Shown here in pieces: positions 24,706 to 33,795 of a stretch of DNA of 64,000 nt (position 1 is the first letter of the stretch; each line of letters starts with the position of its first letter). The stretch is from Candidatus Nanopelagicales bacterium. Its GTDB lineage: Bacteria > Actinomycetota > Actinomycetes > S36-B12 > GCA-2699445. The position numbers were made by a program, and so were the translations under genes. Under the pieces are notes generated by a model. That model was given only the letters and a program-made list of their open reading frames with translations, was not told the origin of the DNA and made no database searches. The stretch lies in assembly GCA_037045355.1 (NCBI GenBank), contig JBAOHO010000012.1:303071-367070 (forward strand), written 5' to 3'.

Positions 24706-25674
24706 ATGAACGAGGTCTTCTTCCGCGAACTGGTCGACAACCTCCTCGAAGGCGTGTACTTCGTCGACCGCGATCGCCGCATCACGTACTGGAACAGCGG
24801 AGCCGAACTTCTCACCGGCTACGGCATGGACGAAGTCGTCGGGCACAGTTGCTCGGAGGGAATCCTGCGCCACGTCACCGACGAGGGCCAGCAGTTGTGC
24901 CTCCACGGATGTCCCCTGGCAGCCACCATCACCGACGGAGACCCGCGTGAGGCCAAGGTGTACATGCACCACAAGAATGGCCACCGCGTTCCCGTGACGG
25001 TACGCGCCCGACCGATCCGCGACGACGCAGAACAGATCGTCGGATCCGCCGAGGTGTTCACGGCACGCTCTGGCGGCGTGTTCTCGGACCTCGAAGGCGA
25101 GCGACGCACCGACCAGTCGTACCGGGACCCCGTCAGCGGCATCGGCAACCGGCTCTACGCCGAGCAGCACCTGGCGGCATCACTCGGTTCCCTCGACTCA
25201 GAGGACTCCCGCATGGGTCTGCTCTTCCTCGACGTCGACCATTTCAAGACAGTCAACGACAACTACGGCCACAACATCGGCGACAAGGTCCTGCGCATGG
25301 TGGCCCGAACGCTGGCCAACGGACTACGACCCGGGGACCTGCCCTGCCGCTGGGGCGGTGAGGAGTTCATCGCCATCCTGCCCGAAACCCAAGAAGACGG
25401 GACCGCCCGCGTCGCCGAGCGGATCCGCATGCTGGTCGAGAACTCCTGGCTGCCCCGTGACGACCAACAGATCCGCGTCACCGTCAGTATCGGCGCCACC
25501 GTCGGACACCGAGGCGAGAGCGCAGACGAAGTCATCGAACGAGCCGACCGCCTCATGTACGCCAGCAAACAGAACGGCCGCAACCAGGTCCATACCGACT
25601 CCGGTCCTTTGCATCGCGTCGCCGAACCCGTCCTCCTGGGCAACTCCATCCCCTGGGCCACGCCCTCGGAATGA
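24706..25674 (+). CDS. PAS-domain diguanylate cyclase
   Basis: PAS (LLEGVYFVDRDRRITYWNSGAELLTGY) followed by GGDEF domain (DHFKTVNDNYGH, RWGGEEFIAILP). Confidence 0.9.
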   Translation: MNEVFFRELVDNLLEGVYFVDRDRRITYWNSGAELLTGYGMDEVVGHSCSEGILRHVTDEGQQLCLHGCPLAATITDGDPREAKVYMHHKNGHRVPVTVRARPIRDDAEQIVGSAEVFTARSGGVFSDLEGERRTDQSYRDPVSGIGNRLYAEQHLAASLGSLDSEDSRMGLLFLDVDHFKTVNDNYGHNIGDKVLRMVARTLANGLRPGDLPCRWGGEEFIAILPETQEDGTARVAERIRMLVENSWLPRDDQQIRVTVSIGATVGHRGESADEVIERADRLMYASKQNGRNQVHTDSGPLHRVAEPVLLGNSIPWATPSE

Positions 25675-25776
25675 TCCGGGCGGACATCGCCCGAAGAGCG
25701 CCACCTGCGGTTTCCGCAGGACATCGCCGACCCCGCCGTCGCAAGATGGACGCACAGCGGGATCGGAGGTGTTGCC

Positions 25777-27921
25777 GTGGTCGACCCCGAGGCGTCACCT
25801 GCGGAGATCGGCAGCGACGGCTGGTTCCGCGCACTCGCCGAACGAACCGGGGACGTCTTCTTCGCCATCCGCACGGACCCAGACCTGGCCGTCGAGTTCC
25901 TGAGCGAAACCGTCAACGGCTGGGGCGGCTACCGCACGGAGGACTACATCGCTGATCCGCAGTTACTGCTCAGTATCCTCGACCGTCGCCACGCCGAGGA
26001 GATGTCGGAGGCACTCCGCGCCGAACCCGGTCGCGACATCGAGTTCGAGTTTCGCTGGTTCCACCGGGACGGACGACCGGTCTGGTCGCAGAACCGGGGT
26101 CGACGTCGTCTGCGGCCCGACGGATCAGTGGTGCTCGAAGGTACGGCTCACGACATCAGCGAACTGCGACTCGCGCAGGAACAGGCCCAGGAATCCGAGG
26201 ATCGACTGCGTCTCCTGCTGGACAACGTCGGTGATGCGATCCTGCGCTTCGCGGCGGACGCCACCTTGCTGTGGGCCTCACCCTCGCTTCGAACGGTGTT
26301 CGGATGGGATCCCGCGGAGGTCGTGGGCACTCAGTTTCGCGGGCTGGCCGGCGTCGACAACGAAGAAGTCGATCAACTCCTGCGCGATGCCGTTCGGGCG
26401 GGGCGCGACGAGGTACACCACCGTTCCCGCGCGATCAGAGCCGACGGGCGGGTCGTGTGGATCAGCAACACCATCAGCATCCTCTGGACTGCGGACGGCT
26501 CCTTCGACGGAGTCGTGTGCTCTATCAGAGACGTCACCGATCAGGTGGAAACCGCCCAGAAGCTGGCCGCCTCACGTGAGGAGTACCGGCTGCTGGCCGA
26601 GCAGGCCGCGGACTTCACGTTGCGAACCGCACCCGACTTCACGGTCGAGTGGGTGTCTCCCTCGGTTACTCGCGTCCTTGGATGGAGCCCTGACGACATC
26701 GTCGGCAAGCGCGGATTCGACTTCTTCCACCCCAACGACATCGCTGCCACCGCGGCCACTGCCGCCGACATGTCCGCCGGAAAGGCCGCTTCAGGTCGCA
26801 TCCGGCTGCGTACCTCCGACGGCGGCTACCGCTGGGTGTCCCAGGTGGCGACCCCGATTTTCGACAAGGGCAAGTTGGTCGCCCGAGTCAGTGGATTTCA
26901 GGACGTGGACGCGCAAGTACGAGCCGAACAGGCCCTGGCCAGCAGCGAACGCCGGTTCCGCATGGCCATGGAGTTCGCGCCCATGGGGATGGCGGTCCTG
27001 GACCTGGATCGGCGCTTCGTCGAGGTGAACCCCGCGCTGTGTCGCATGACCGGCCGCGATCAGGAGTGGCTGCTCGCCCACCAGGTGACCGATGTCCTCG
27101 ATCCACAGGACCACGAGCTGGACCTCACCATGCGGTCCCAGGTTCGAACCGGCGAGTCGGACACCGCGTCCCACGACAAGCGGCTCGTCACCGCCGACGG
27201 CGGCACACTCTGGGTCGAACACTCCGTAGGACTCCTGCGCGACGACGACGGGGCCCCGTTGTCCTACGTGTCCCAGTTCCTGGACGTCGATGACGCACAT
27301 CGGCGGCAGGAGAAGCTGCGCTTCATGGCCGGCCATGACGCTCTGACGTCGTTGCCGAACCGCCACGAACTCATGGAGCGCGTCGGCCGGTTCCTCGGGC
27401 ACAAACCCCGAACCGGTACGCGACTGGCCATACTGTTCGTCGATCTCGATCGGTTCAAGCCGATCAACGACACCTACGGCCACGCGGTGGGTGACCACGT
27501 CCTCGTCGAAGTCGCGCGCCGGATTCGATCCCAGGTCCGCGCTGATGACGTCGTCGCCCGCCTAGGCGGAGACGAGTTCATCGTTGCCCTGCCGGCAGTG
27601 CACAGTCTGGACGACGCGAAGCGTGTCGCTGCGAAGATCCACGACGCTTTCGCCGAGACACTGCAGATTCAGGAACTCTCGCTGTCCGTCTCTCTCAGCA
27701 TCGGACTGACGCTGGCGGATCCGGGCGAGGATCCCGACACCGTGCTGAAGCGCGCCGACGAGGCGCTCTACCGCGCGAAAGGCGCCGGCCGCAACCAAAC
27801 CGCCCACCACCCCCTTCACAACGAGGACCCCCTTCACAACGAGGACCCCCTTCACAACGAGGACCCCCTTCACAACGAGGACCCCGCGGACGGCCAGGAT
27901 TCGCCTGCCGACAAGGGCTGA
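25777..27921 (+). CDS. Multi-PAS diguanylate cyclase with a C-terminal PLHNED x4 repeat
   Basis: Four PAS/PAC-like units, then GGDEF (DRFKPINDTYGH, RLGGDEFIVALP). Tail HHPLHNEDPLHNEDPLHNEDPLHNEDP. Confidence 0.9.
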   Translation: MVDPEASPAEIGSDGWFRALAERTGDVFFAIRTDPDLAVEFLSETVNGWGGYRTEDYIADPQLLLSILDRRHAEEMSEALRAEPGRDIEFEFRWFHRDGRPVWSQNRGRRRLRPDGSVVLEGTAHDISELRLAQEQAQESEDRLRLLLDNVGDAILRFAADATLLWASPSLRTVFGWDPAEVVGTQFRGLAGVDNEEVDQLLRDAVRAGRDEVHHRSRAIRADGRVVWISNTISILWTADGSFDGVVCSIRDVTDQVETAQKLAASREEYRLLAEQAADFTLRTAPDFTVEWVSPSVTRVLGWSPDDIVGKRGFDFFHPNDIAATAATAADMSAGKAASGRIRLRTSDGGYRWVSQVATPIFDKGKLVARVSGFQDVDAQVRAEQALASSERRFRMAMEFAPMGMAVLDLDRRFVEVNPALCRMTGRDQEWLLAHQVTDVLDPQDHELDLTMRSQVRTGESDTASHDKRLVTADGGTLWVEHSVGLLRDDDGAPLSYVSQFLDVDDAHRRQEKLRFMAGHDALTSLPNRHELMERVGRFLGHKPRTGTRLAILFVDLDRFKPINDTYGHAVGDHVLVEVARRIRSQVRADDVVARLGGDEFIVALPAVHSLDDAKRVAAKIHDAFAETLQIQELSLSVSLSIGLTLADPGEDPDTVLKRADEALYRAKGAGRNQTAHHPLHNEDPLHNEDPLHNEDPLHNEDPADGQDSPADKG
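27811..27882 (+). repeat. Perfect 18-bp tandem repeat x4 (CCCCTTCACAACGAGGAC), in frame within the cyclase 3' end
   Basis: Four identical consecutive copies read directly from the sequence. Confidence 0.95.
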
Positions 27922-28156
27922 GGCGGTCGTTGAACAGCCAGTCGACACCCACCCGCTGACAGTGCTGGGATCACGCCAGATATGGCCGGTTCTCGGCGCC
28001 GGTTGGCGGGCTCGCCGCATTCTGACGTGACGTTGGTCAGGCGGCAGTCCTCTGCCCCCCGCCGCCCCCCGCCCCCCGCCGCTGACACCCGCTGACCGCC
28101 GTCACGCGGCCAGCGCCCGGAACTGCGCGTGTGGGTCCGGGAGGTCCGGGACTGAA

Positions 28157-28765
28157 TTGCCTGCCAGGCTGTGGGTCGTGTGGGACCTACCGCTGTTCAC
28201 TCAGGCGCCCGACTCGGGGAAGTTGGCGGTCGCAGGAATGTGGGAGGACGCCGTCCTGCTGCAACCCGGGATGACGGCCAGCGAGCGGATGGCCCGCCAG
28301 TTGGTCGGGCGGAGCAATGACGTGGCCTGCGAGGCTTTCTTCGGCGCAGCCTTCTTCGGTGTCAGGCAGGTCGGTGAGCGGCCGGAACTTGTGGAGTTCG
28401 TCCAGACGTTCACCGCGATCCTGGGGGCTGCAAACAATGGCCAGGAGTTCTTCGCCGGGATCCGTGCCGAACTCGGCGTCCCCGTGGGGCGTGACTTCAC
28501 ATTCGCGGAGCTCGGCGCCGAAGGGGCGTGGCAGTCTGTCGGACCGGTCCGAGTGGATGACCCGGCAGCGGCCCTGGCCGACTTCGACTCGTGGTGGGCG
28601 ATGGTGGCGGCGTCGTCGGTGGGCCGCGACACCGGTCACGACAAAGCGCTGGAGTTCTCCTATGCGAACGGGGACGCGACCGAGCATTGGTTCGGCATCC
28701 CGGTGTCGCACGGCGGTGTGCTCGACCGATCCGCCGTCCGGACGGCGCTGGAACTCTACGACTGA
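28157..28765 (+). CDS. Hypothetical protein (no recognisable family; start uncertain)
   Basis: Protein-like composition in this frame only (..ELVEFVQTFTAILGAANNGQEFFAGIRAELG..). No motif I can assign. Confidence 0.4.
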   Translation: MPARLWVVWDLPLFTQAPDSGKLAVAGMWEDAVLLQPGMTASERMARQLVGRSNDVACEAFFGAAFFGVRQVGERPELVEFVQTFTAILGAANNGQEFFAGIRAELGVPVGRDFTFAELGAEGAWQSVGPVRVDDPAAALADFDSWWAMVAASSVGRDTGHDKALEFSYANGDATEHWFGIPVSHGGVLDRSAVRTALELYD

Positions 28766-28900
28766 CCTCAGCGACGCCGAGAACCAACTCGAGGACCCAG
28801 TCCGGACTTCCCGCGACGGTTCCGATGGGTTCGCCGCACGCCTTGAGTTCCGCAGTAGCCGGAACGTCACCCGAGGCCCCCGGGTTGGGGCCCCCCGAGA

Positions 28901-28934
28901 CAGCCGACAGCCGATAGCCGACAGCCGACAGCCG
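28901..28934 (+). repeat. Heptanucleotide tandem repeat CAGCCGA x about 5 (third copy TAGCCGA), about 90 bp upstream of the ThDP-enzyme gene
   Basis: CAGCCGACAGCCGATAGCCGACAGCCGACAGCCG read directly. Confidence 0.9.
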
Positions 28935-29025
28935 CGGCGCGGCCGCACCTCTCGCCCCGCTCGGGAGCAAATCGGCGTGGGGGTCGACCCTGCATGACGC
29001 GCTGTCTGCGGGCAGCATGTGACCC

Positions 29026-30618
29026 ATGACCTCCGTGCGCGAAAGTGTCTTCTCCCTGCTCGAGCACCACGGCATGACCACCGTGTTCGGCAACCCCGGT
29101 TCCACCGAGATGGGCTTCCTCAACGACATGCCCGCAGGCTTCCGGTACATCCTCGGCCTGCAGGAGTCGGTGGTCGTCTCCATGGCCGACGGATACGCGC
29201 AAGCCACCGACGGGCCGGTCCTGGTCAACCTCCACTCGGCACCCGGGGTGGGCCATGCGATGGGCAGCATCATCACGGCTCGGGCCAATCGCACGCCACT
29301 GGTGATCACCGCCGGTACTCAGGTCCGGCCGATGCAGGCCATGGAGGCATGGCTGACGAACGTGGACGCCACCAACCTGCCGCGACCGGCAGTGAAGTGG
29401 GCCGGAGAGGCGGCGCGTGCCCAGGACACCCCAGCGGTCCTCGCCCGCGCCATCCACGAGGCCACACTGCCCCCGCCGGGGCCGGTGTTCGTCTCCCAGG
29501 CGATGGACGACTGGAGTGCCAATGTGGTCGCCGCCGAGACCCGGCACCTGGTCGAGCGCAGTGTGCGCAGCGGCTCTGGACTGAACGGGAACGCAGCAGC
29601 GGAGATCGTCGACATGCTGCACGCAGCCAGTTCGCCCCTGATCATCCTCGGATCGGCTCTGGACACCCCGCAGGCCTGGGCCGACACGGTCGCCCTCGCC
29701 GAGGCCACCGGGTCCGCTGTCATGATGGCGCCCGTCGAGTCCCGGTGGAGTTTCCCCGGGTGGCACCCTCAGTTCCGCGGCATGCTGGCACCGGCCATCG
29801 CCACGGCGACCGAACAGATGTCCGGGCACGACCTGGTCCTGGTGATCGGGGCGCCGGTCTTCCGCTACTACCCCTACCTGCCCGGCGAACTTCTTCCGGA
29901 CGGAACCCGGCTGCTGCAGATCACCGACGATCCCGCGCAGGCGACGCGGGCACCGATGGGAGATGCGTATGTGACGGATCCGGTGGCCGCCGTCCGGGCT
30001 TTGGCCGAGGCGTCATCCGACTCGGACAGCACTGCCGTGGGTGGAGCGGTGCAGCCAATGACCAGTTCGGGGTCGTCCCCTCTGAGCCCGAGCGACGTCT
30101 TCACGGTTTTGGGCGCAGTGTCAGGCCCGGATCTCGTGATGGTCAACGAGTCACCGTCGAATCTGACGACGTTGCTGGACTGCTGGCGCCCGGTGCACCC
30201 CCGCAGCCTGTTCTTCTCCGGCTCGGGGGGCCTGGGCTTCGGCACACCGGCCACCGTCGGGGTGCAGATGGGAATGCCGGACCGACCCGTCCTCGGCCTG
30301 CTGGGGGATGGTGCCCTTCAGTACTCGGTGCAAGCCCTGTACACGGCGGCGCTGTACAACGTGCCCGCCACATTCCTGGTGATGCGCAATCACCAGTACG
30401 CCATTTTGAAATGGTTCGGCCAGTTGAAGAACGCCCCTCGCGTCCCGGGCTTGGACCTGCCCAACCTGGACGCGGTCGCCATCGCCCAGGGTTACGGGGT
30501 TCCGGCGCGCTCAGTCCGCGAGGTCGACGAACTCGAGGCGGCCCTGCGGGAGGACTTGGCCGCCCCCGGGCCGCGCCTCATCGAAGTGGAGATCGACGGA
30601 TCGGCAGCGATGATGTGA
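29026..30618 (+). CDS. mdlC: Thiamine-diphosphate-dependent decarboxylase, benzoylformate decarboxylase-like
   Basis: N-terminus VFGNPGSTEMGFLNDMPAGFRYILGLQESVVVSMADGYAQA..NLHSAPGVGHAMG closely parallels the benzoylformate decarboxylase N-terminus. C-terminal ThDP motif GDGALQYS..N. Confidence 0.8.
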   Translation: MTSVRESVFSLLEHHGMTTVFGNPGSTEMGFLNDMPAGFRYILGLQESVVVSMADGYAQATDGPVLVNLHSAPGVGHAMGSIITARANRTPLVITAGTQVRPMQAMEAWLTNVDATNLPRPAVKWAGEAARAQDTPAVLARAIHEATLPPPGPVFVSQAMDDWSANVVAAETRHLVERSVRSGSGLNGNAAAEIVDMLHAASSPLIILGSALDTPQAWADTVALAEATGSAVMMAPVESRWSFPGWHPQFRGMLAPAIATATEQMSGHDLVLVIGAPVFRYYPYLPGELLPDGTRLLQITDDPAQATRAPMGDAYVTDPVAAVRALAEASSDSDSTAVGGAVQPMTSSGSSPLSPSDVFTVLGAVSGPDLVMVNESPSNLTTLLDCWRPVHPRSLFFSGSGGLGFGTPATVGVQMGMPDRPVLGLLGDGALQYSVQALYTAALYNVPATFLVMRNHQYAILKWFGQLKNAPRVPGLDLPNLDAVAIAQGYGVPARSVREVDELEAALREDLAAPGPRLIEVEIDGSAAMM

Positions 30619-30877
30619 GTCCGGCAGGGGGGCTGCGCGGGCATCCGTCCGAGAGGGGTGAGGGTGTTTACGGGGCCCCTGGGGTGGGCCGCCGTCGGCG
30701 ATGTCCGGCCACCCGTCGCCCCGCTCGTTGGTGCGGCTCCACCCATATCCCGTCGTCTGGCGATGGTGCGAAACCCTCTGACCGGGGGATTTGTGGGGGG
30801 TTCGGGTCCTCGATCCCATCGATCCCGAGCGAAAATCCCATGCGGGCCAGTCGCGCCAGTGTCGCGGACTTTCGTGG

Positions 30878-31354
30878 CTACTGCTGCTCGGTGTCGCCTG
30901 AGTTCAGGTTGCGCCAGTACTCCTGCACGCGTCGCGAGGCTTCCTCTCGAGTCATTGTGGCTATCTCCTCAACGGGTACCTGAACATGCTTCCGGAGTTG
31001 CCACACCAGATTCGCTGGAAGTCGTTCTCCTTCGAGTTCGGGCGCGGCGGGATCAGGATTGCGGTCCGGTGGATCTCCGTTTACGCAGTCCCAGAAACTG
31101 GTCAGCGTTACTTGCAATTGGTCCTCGAGTATGTGGTTGAGAATGCTCTTGCCGTACACGTGCTTCTTGGCTGCGGGTCGAGAGATCCGAGTTCGCAGGA
31201 TGCGACCGTCGGGCAGCTTCAGTTCCTTCGTGATGTGGTGGCTGGTTGGCTTTCCCCGTGCGTTTGGGACATCCTCCCAACCCTCGACATTGCAGAACTT
31301 AAGATGATCTGCGCGGGTGACGTTCCGCTGCGTTACGCGCTTCCGTTGAGCCAT
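30878..31354 (-). CDS. Candidate toxin, HicA/YcfA-like N-terminal region with a C-terminal extension
   Basis: HLKFCNVEGWEDVPNARGKPTSHHITKELKLPDGRILRTRISRP follows the HicA pattern (GW..v...G..SHh......dGr..t..s). Overlaps the upstream antitoxin-like gene by 22 nt. Local A/T enrichment by eye. Confidence 0.45.
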   Translation of the reverse strand: MAQRKRVTQRNVTRADHLKFCNVEGWEDVPNARGKPTSHHITKELKLPDGRILRTRISRPAAKKHVYGKSILNHILEDQLQVTLTSFWDCVNGDPPDRNPDPAAPELEGERLPANLVWQLRKHVQVPVEEIATMTREEASRRVQEYWRNLNSGDTEQQ

Positions 31355-31749
31355 CGTTCCAACTCGTCGCTCGAGGACAAGGAAACGAGTTGGACGAGCC
31401 CCCAGTTGTCCCGGTGATTGGGCGCCTGCTGCAAGCGCTCTTGCCAGTCGTCTGCGTACTCGCGCAGCGCATCAACGGTGTCAGTCACGGCTTCCTCGGG
31501 GGTTGCACCCGTCCCTGAGATTGGGTAACCAGGAAGGAACATTGCCCACTCGGCTGGGCCGTCAGCCACGAGCTGTGGGTTCAAGTCGAGGAGAGTTGCT
31601 AGCGTTCGTCGCAGCTGTTGAGCGTCCACGACAGCGGCTCGCCCGCTATGGCTGCGGCTGATGGTCGCGACGCCGCCCTCTGAAGCAACATCGAGGGCAT
31701 CCTTGAGACCTTTGCGCGCATCAGTAAACGACTTGAACTCAACGTTCAT
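31333..31749 (-). CDS. Candidate antitoxin, Phd/YefM-like N-terminus fused to a HicB-like C-terminal region
   Basis: FTDARKGLKDALDVASEGGVATISRSHSGRAAVVDAQQL (Phd/YefM-like). FLPGYPISGTGATPEEAVTDTVDALREYADDW (HicB-like). Confidence 0.5.
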   Translation of the reverse strand: MNVEFKSFTDARKGLKDALDVASEGGVATISRSHSGRAAVVDAQQLRRTLATLLDLNPQLVADGPAEWAMFLPGYPISGTGATPEEAVTDTVDALREYADDWQERLQQAPNHRDNWGLVQLVSLSSSDELERWLNGSA

Positions 31750-31793
31750 GGCCTTAGCTCCTTACTCCTTGGCACCAGAGCGTACCCCACCAG

Positions 31794-31807
31794 GTACGTA
31801 TACGTAC
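31794..31807. promoter_or_regulatory. Perfect 14-bp palindrome GTACGTATACGTAC about 45 bp upstream of the antitoxin start; candidate TA operator
   Basis: Self-complementary sequence. Flanked by further GTAC-containing inverted elements (CGTACC..GGTACG at 31781-31798, GAGTAC at 31812-31817). Confidence 0.45.
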
Positions 31808-32042
31808 ATATGAGTACTTATCGGCGGGAATGCCGCTCGATTGCATGCGGGCAGCGATCGGCCCACGCGGCTATCGCTCGTTCCACGCTGAGGGCGGTGA
31901 TGAGACCGTTGGTTGCTGGCACTTCTTCCAACGTGCCGGTGTCCACCGAAAATGACTCATCTTGCGCCAACAAGTTTCCGGGGGTTACTTCGGGCGGAGG
32001 TACGCGCCCTGTCTTCTGGAAAATCCCCCAGTCTGTGGTGGT

Positions 32043-32129
32043 TGGTGCGCGAGGGGGGAGTTGAACCCCCACGCCCTTGCGGGCACACGGACCTGAACCG
32101 TGCGCGTCTGCCTATTCCGCCACTCGCGC
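32043..32129 (-). tRNA. tRNA-Leu (anticodon CAG)
   Basis: Minus-strand sequence GCGCGAGTGGCGGAATAGGCAGACGCGCACGGTTCAGGTCCGTG..GGGGGTTCAACTCCCCCCTCGCGCACCA. Long variable arm. CCA is encoded. Confidence 0.9.
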
Positions 32130-32323
32130 TCACCGGTCGAAATGACCGGGCTCAGGGTATCACCGCCGGAATAGCCACCTGGCGGTCGTCAGGCGAGCAC
32201 GATCATTTCGCAGGGCCGGAGCGGGGTCGGGGTCACTGCAGAACCGCACCTGACGATCGCGGCCGGCAAGCGCACTGGAGGGAGCAACGGAAGAGCGATG
32301 TTCTTCCCCGGTGAACCGCCCAC

Positions 32324-33706
32324 TTGGTCCACTACGGTCGGCATGTGACTACTGATCAGCAGTCGGCTCCGCAGCTGGGCAAGGGCACGAAGATCGGCTA
32401 CGCGTTCGGTTCGCTCGCCACCGGGACGTTCGGCACGGTTCCCGGATTCCTGCTGGTCATCTATCTGACAGACACCCTCGGGGTCGCCGCGGCCATCGCC
32501 GGACTCGCGGTCGCGATCCCCAAGTTCTGGGACGTCATCTTCAACCCGATCGTGGGCGGCTGGTCCGACCGCACCAACAGTCGGATGGGACCACGCCGGC
32601 CGTGGATGCTCGCCGGTGCCATCATCCTTCCGATCTTCTTCATCGCGCTGTTCTCGGTTCCCGCCGGACTGTCCCCCACGACGAGCGCCATCATCGTCGC
32701 GGTCGTGTTCCTGATCGCGGCCAGCGCATACGCCTTGTTCCAGGTCCCGTACGTTTCCATGCCGGCAGAGATGACGTCCGACTATAAGGAGCGCACCTCT
32801 GTCGTCGCCTTCCGCATCGTCGCCTTGACCCTGGGCATCCTGATCTCCGGCTCGCTGGCCCCGGTCCTCGTCAACGCCGGGGGTGGCGGATACGCGGGCC
32901 ACACCCTCATGGCTGTCGTCATCGGGCTGTTCATGTGCGTGACGATGCTCGTCGCCGTCGTCGGTACCCGCAAGGCGCCCCGGACCTCCGTCCCGTCGGG
33001 GAGCACCAGCCTGCTCACCGCTTTCCGCGCAGCCCGCGGCAACCACTACTTCATGCCGTTGTGGGGTGCGTTCGTGCTCCAGGCGCTCGCCAACGCGGCC
33101 ATGCTGGCGACCGTCCCGTATGTCGCCCGCTACATCCTGAACAACCCCGGGTCGGAGTCCATCCTCTTCGCGGCACTCGTCGGCCCCGCGATCCTGGTCA
33201 TGCCCTTCTGGGCCTGGCTCGGCAAACGCACCGACAAAACTCACGGCTATGTCATCGGCTCGGTCTGCTACCTCGTAGGGGTGATCGGGCTGCTCGCCGC
33301 CCGGATCTTGCCCAGCGGTGTGATCATCGCGCTCGTGGCCCTCATGGGCATCGGATACGCCGCCATGCAGCTGTTCCCGCTGGCCATGCTCCCCGACACC
33401 GTCTCCGTCGACGAGGCCCGAAGCGGTGAGCGGCGCAGCGGCATGCTCACCGGACTGTGGACAGCTGGCGAGACCGCCGCCTTCGCGATTGGACCCGGAA
33501 TCGTCGGATTCATCCTGGGCGCCTTCGGGTTCGTCTCCTCCGAAGGTGGCGCCGGAACCACTCAGACCGACACCGCCCTGACCGGCATCGTCGTCGCCTT
33601 GTCGATCCTGCCCGCCGTCGCCATGGGTCTGAGTCTGTGGCTGATCAGCCGCTACACCCTGACCGAGTCCGTCCTCGAGCAGGAGCTCGGCGCCGCCCGA
33701 ACCTGA
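32324..33706 (+). CDS. MFS transporter, glycoside-pentoside-hexuronide (GPH):cation symporter family (start could be the GTG at 32345)
   Basis: 12-helix profile. GPH-type motifs KIGYAFGS, DVIFNPIVGGWSDRT and GPRRPWML. Confidence 0.85.
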   Translation: MVHYGRHVTTDQQSAPQLGKGTKIGYAFGSLATGTFGTVPGFLLVIYLTDTLGVAAAIAGLAVAIPKFWDVIFNPIVGGWSDRTNSRMGPRRPWMLAGAIILPIFFIALFSVPAGLSPTTSAIIVAVVFLIAASAYALFQVPYVSMPAEMTSDYKERTSVVAFRIVALTLGILISGSLAPVLVNAGGGGYAGHTLMAVVIGLFMCVTMLVAVVGTRKAPRTSVPSGSTSLLTAFRAARGNHYFMPLWGAFVLQALANAAMLATVPYVARYILNNPGSESILFAALVGPAILVMPFWAWLGKRTDKTHGYVIGSVCYLVGVIGLLAARILPSGVIIALVALMGIGYAAMQLFPLAMLPDTVSVDEARSGERRSGMLTGLWTAGETAAFAIGPGIVGFILGAFGFVSSEGGAGTTQTDTALTGIVVALSILPAVAMGLSLWLISRYTLTESVLEQELGAART

Positions 33707-33795
33707 CGACCGCGGGACCAGCCCACCGCAGGTCGGATCGGGCCAGTTCCGGCTGGACCCGACTGAGCGGATCCGGGTCGGCGCACCGAGAGTGC

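Noticed and set aside
30757-30830. Possible degenerate copy of the tRNA-Leu 3' end (TGGTGCGAAACCC...GGGGGGTTCGGGTCC) that could mark the far att site of an integrated element carrying the TA pair.
   Set aside because: Similarity to the tRNA 3' end (TGGTGCGCGAGGGGGGAGTTGAACCCCC) is limited to a few short matches. It does not fold into a T-arm and acceptor, and no integrase is present. This is too weak to call island boundaries.
31810-32072. 84-aa ORFs on both strands between the antitoxin gene and tRNA-Leu, considered as a possible integrase remnant.
   Set aside because: They overlap the tRNA gene, have no recombinase motifs, and have no convincing start or ribosome-binding-site context.
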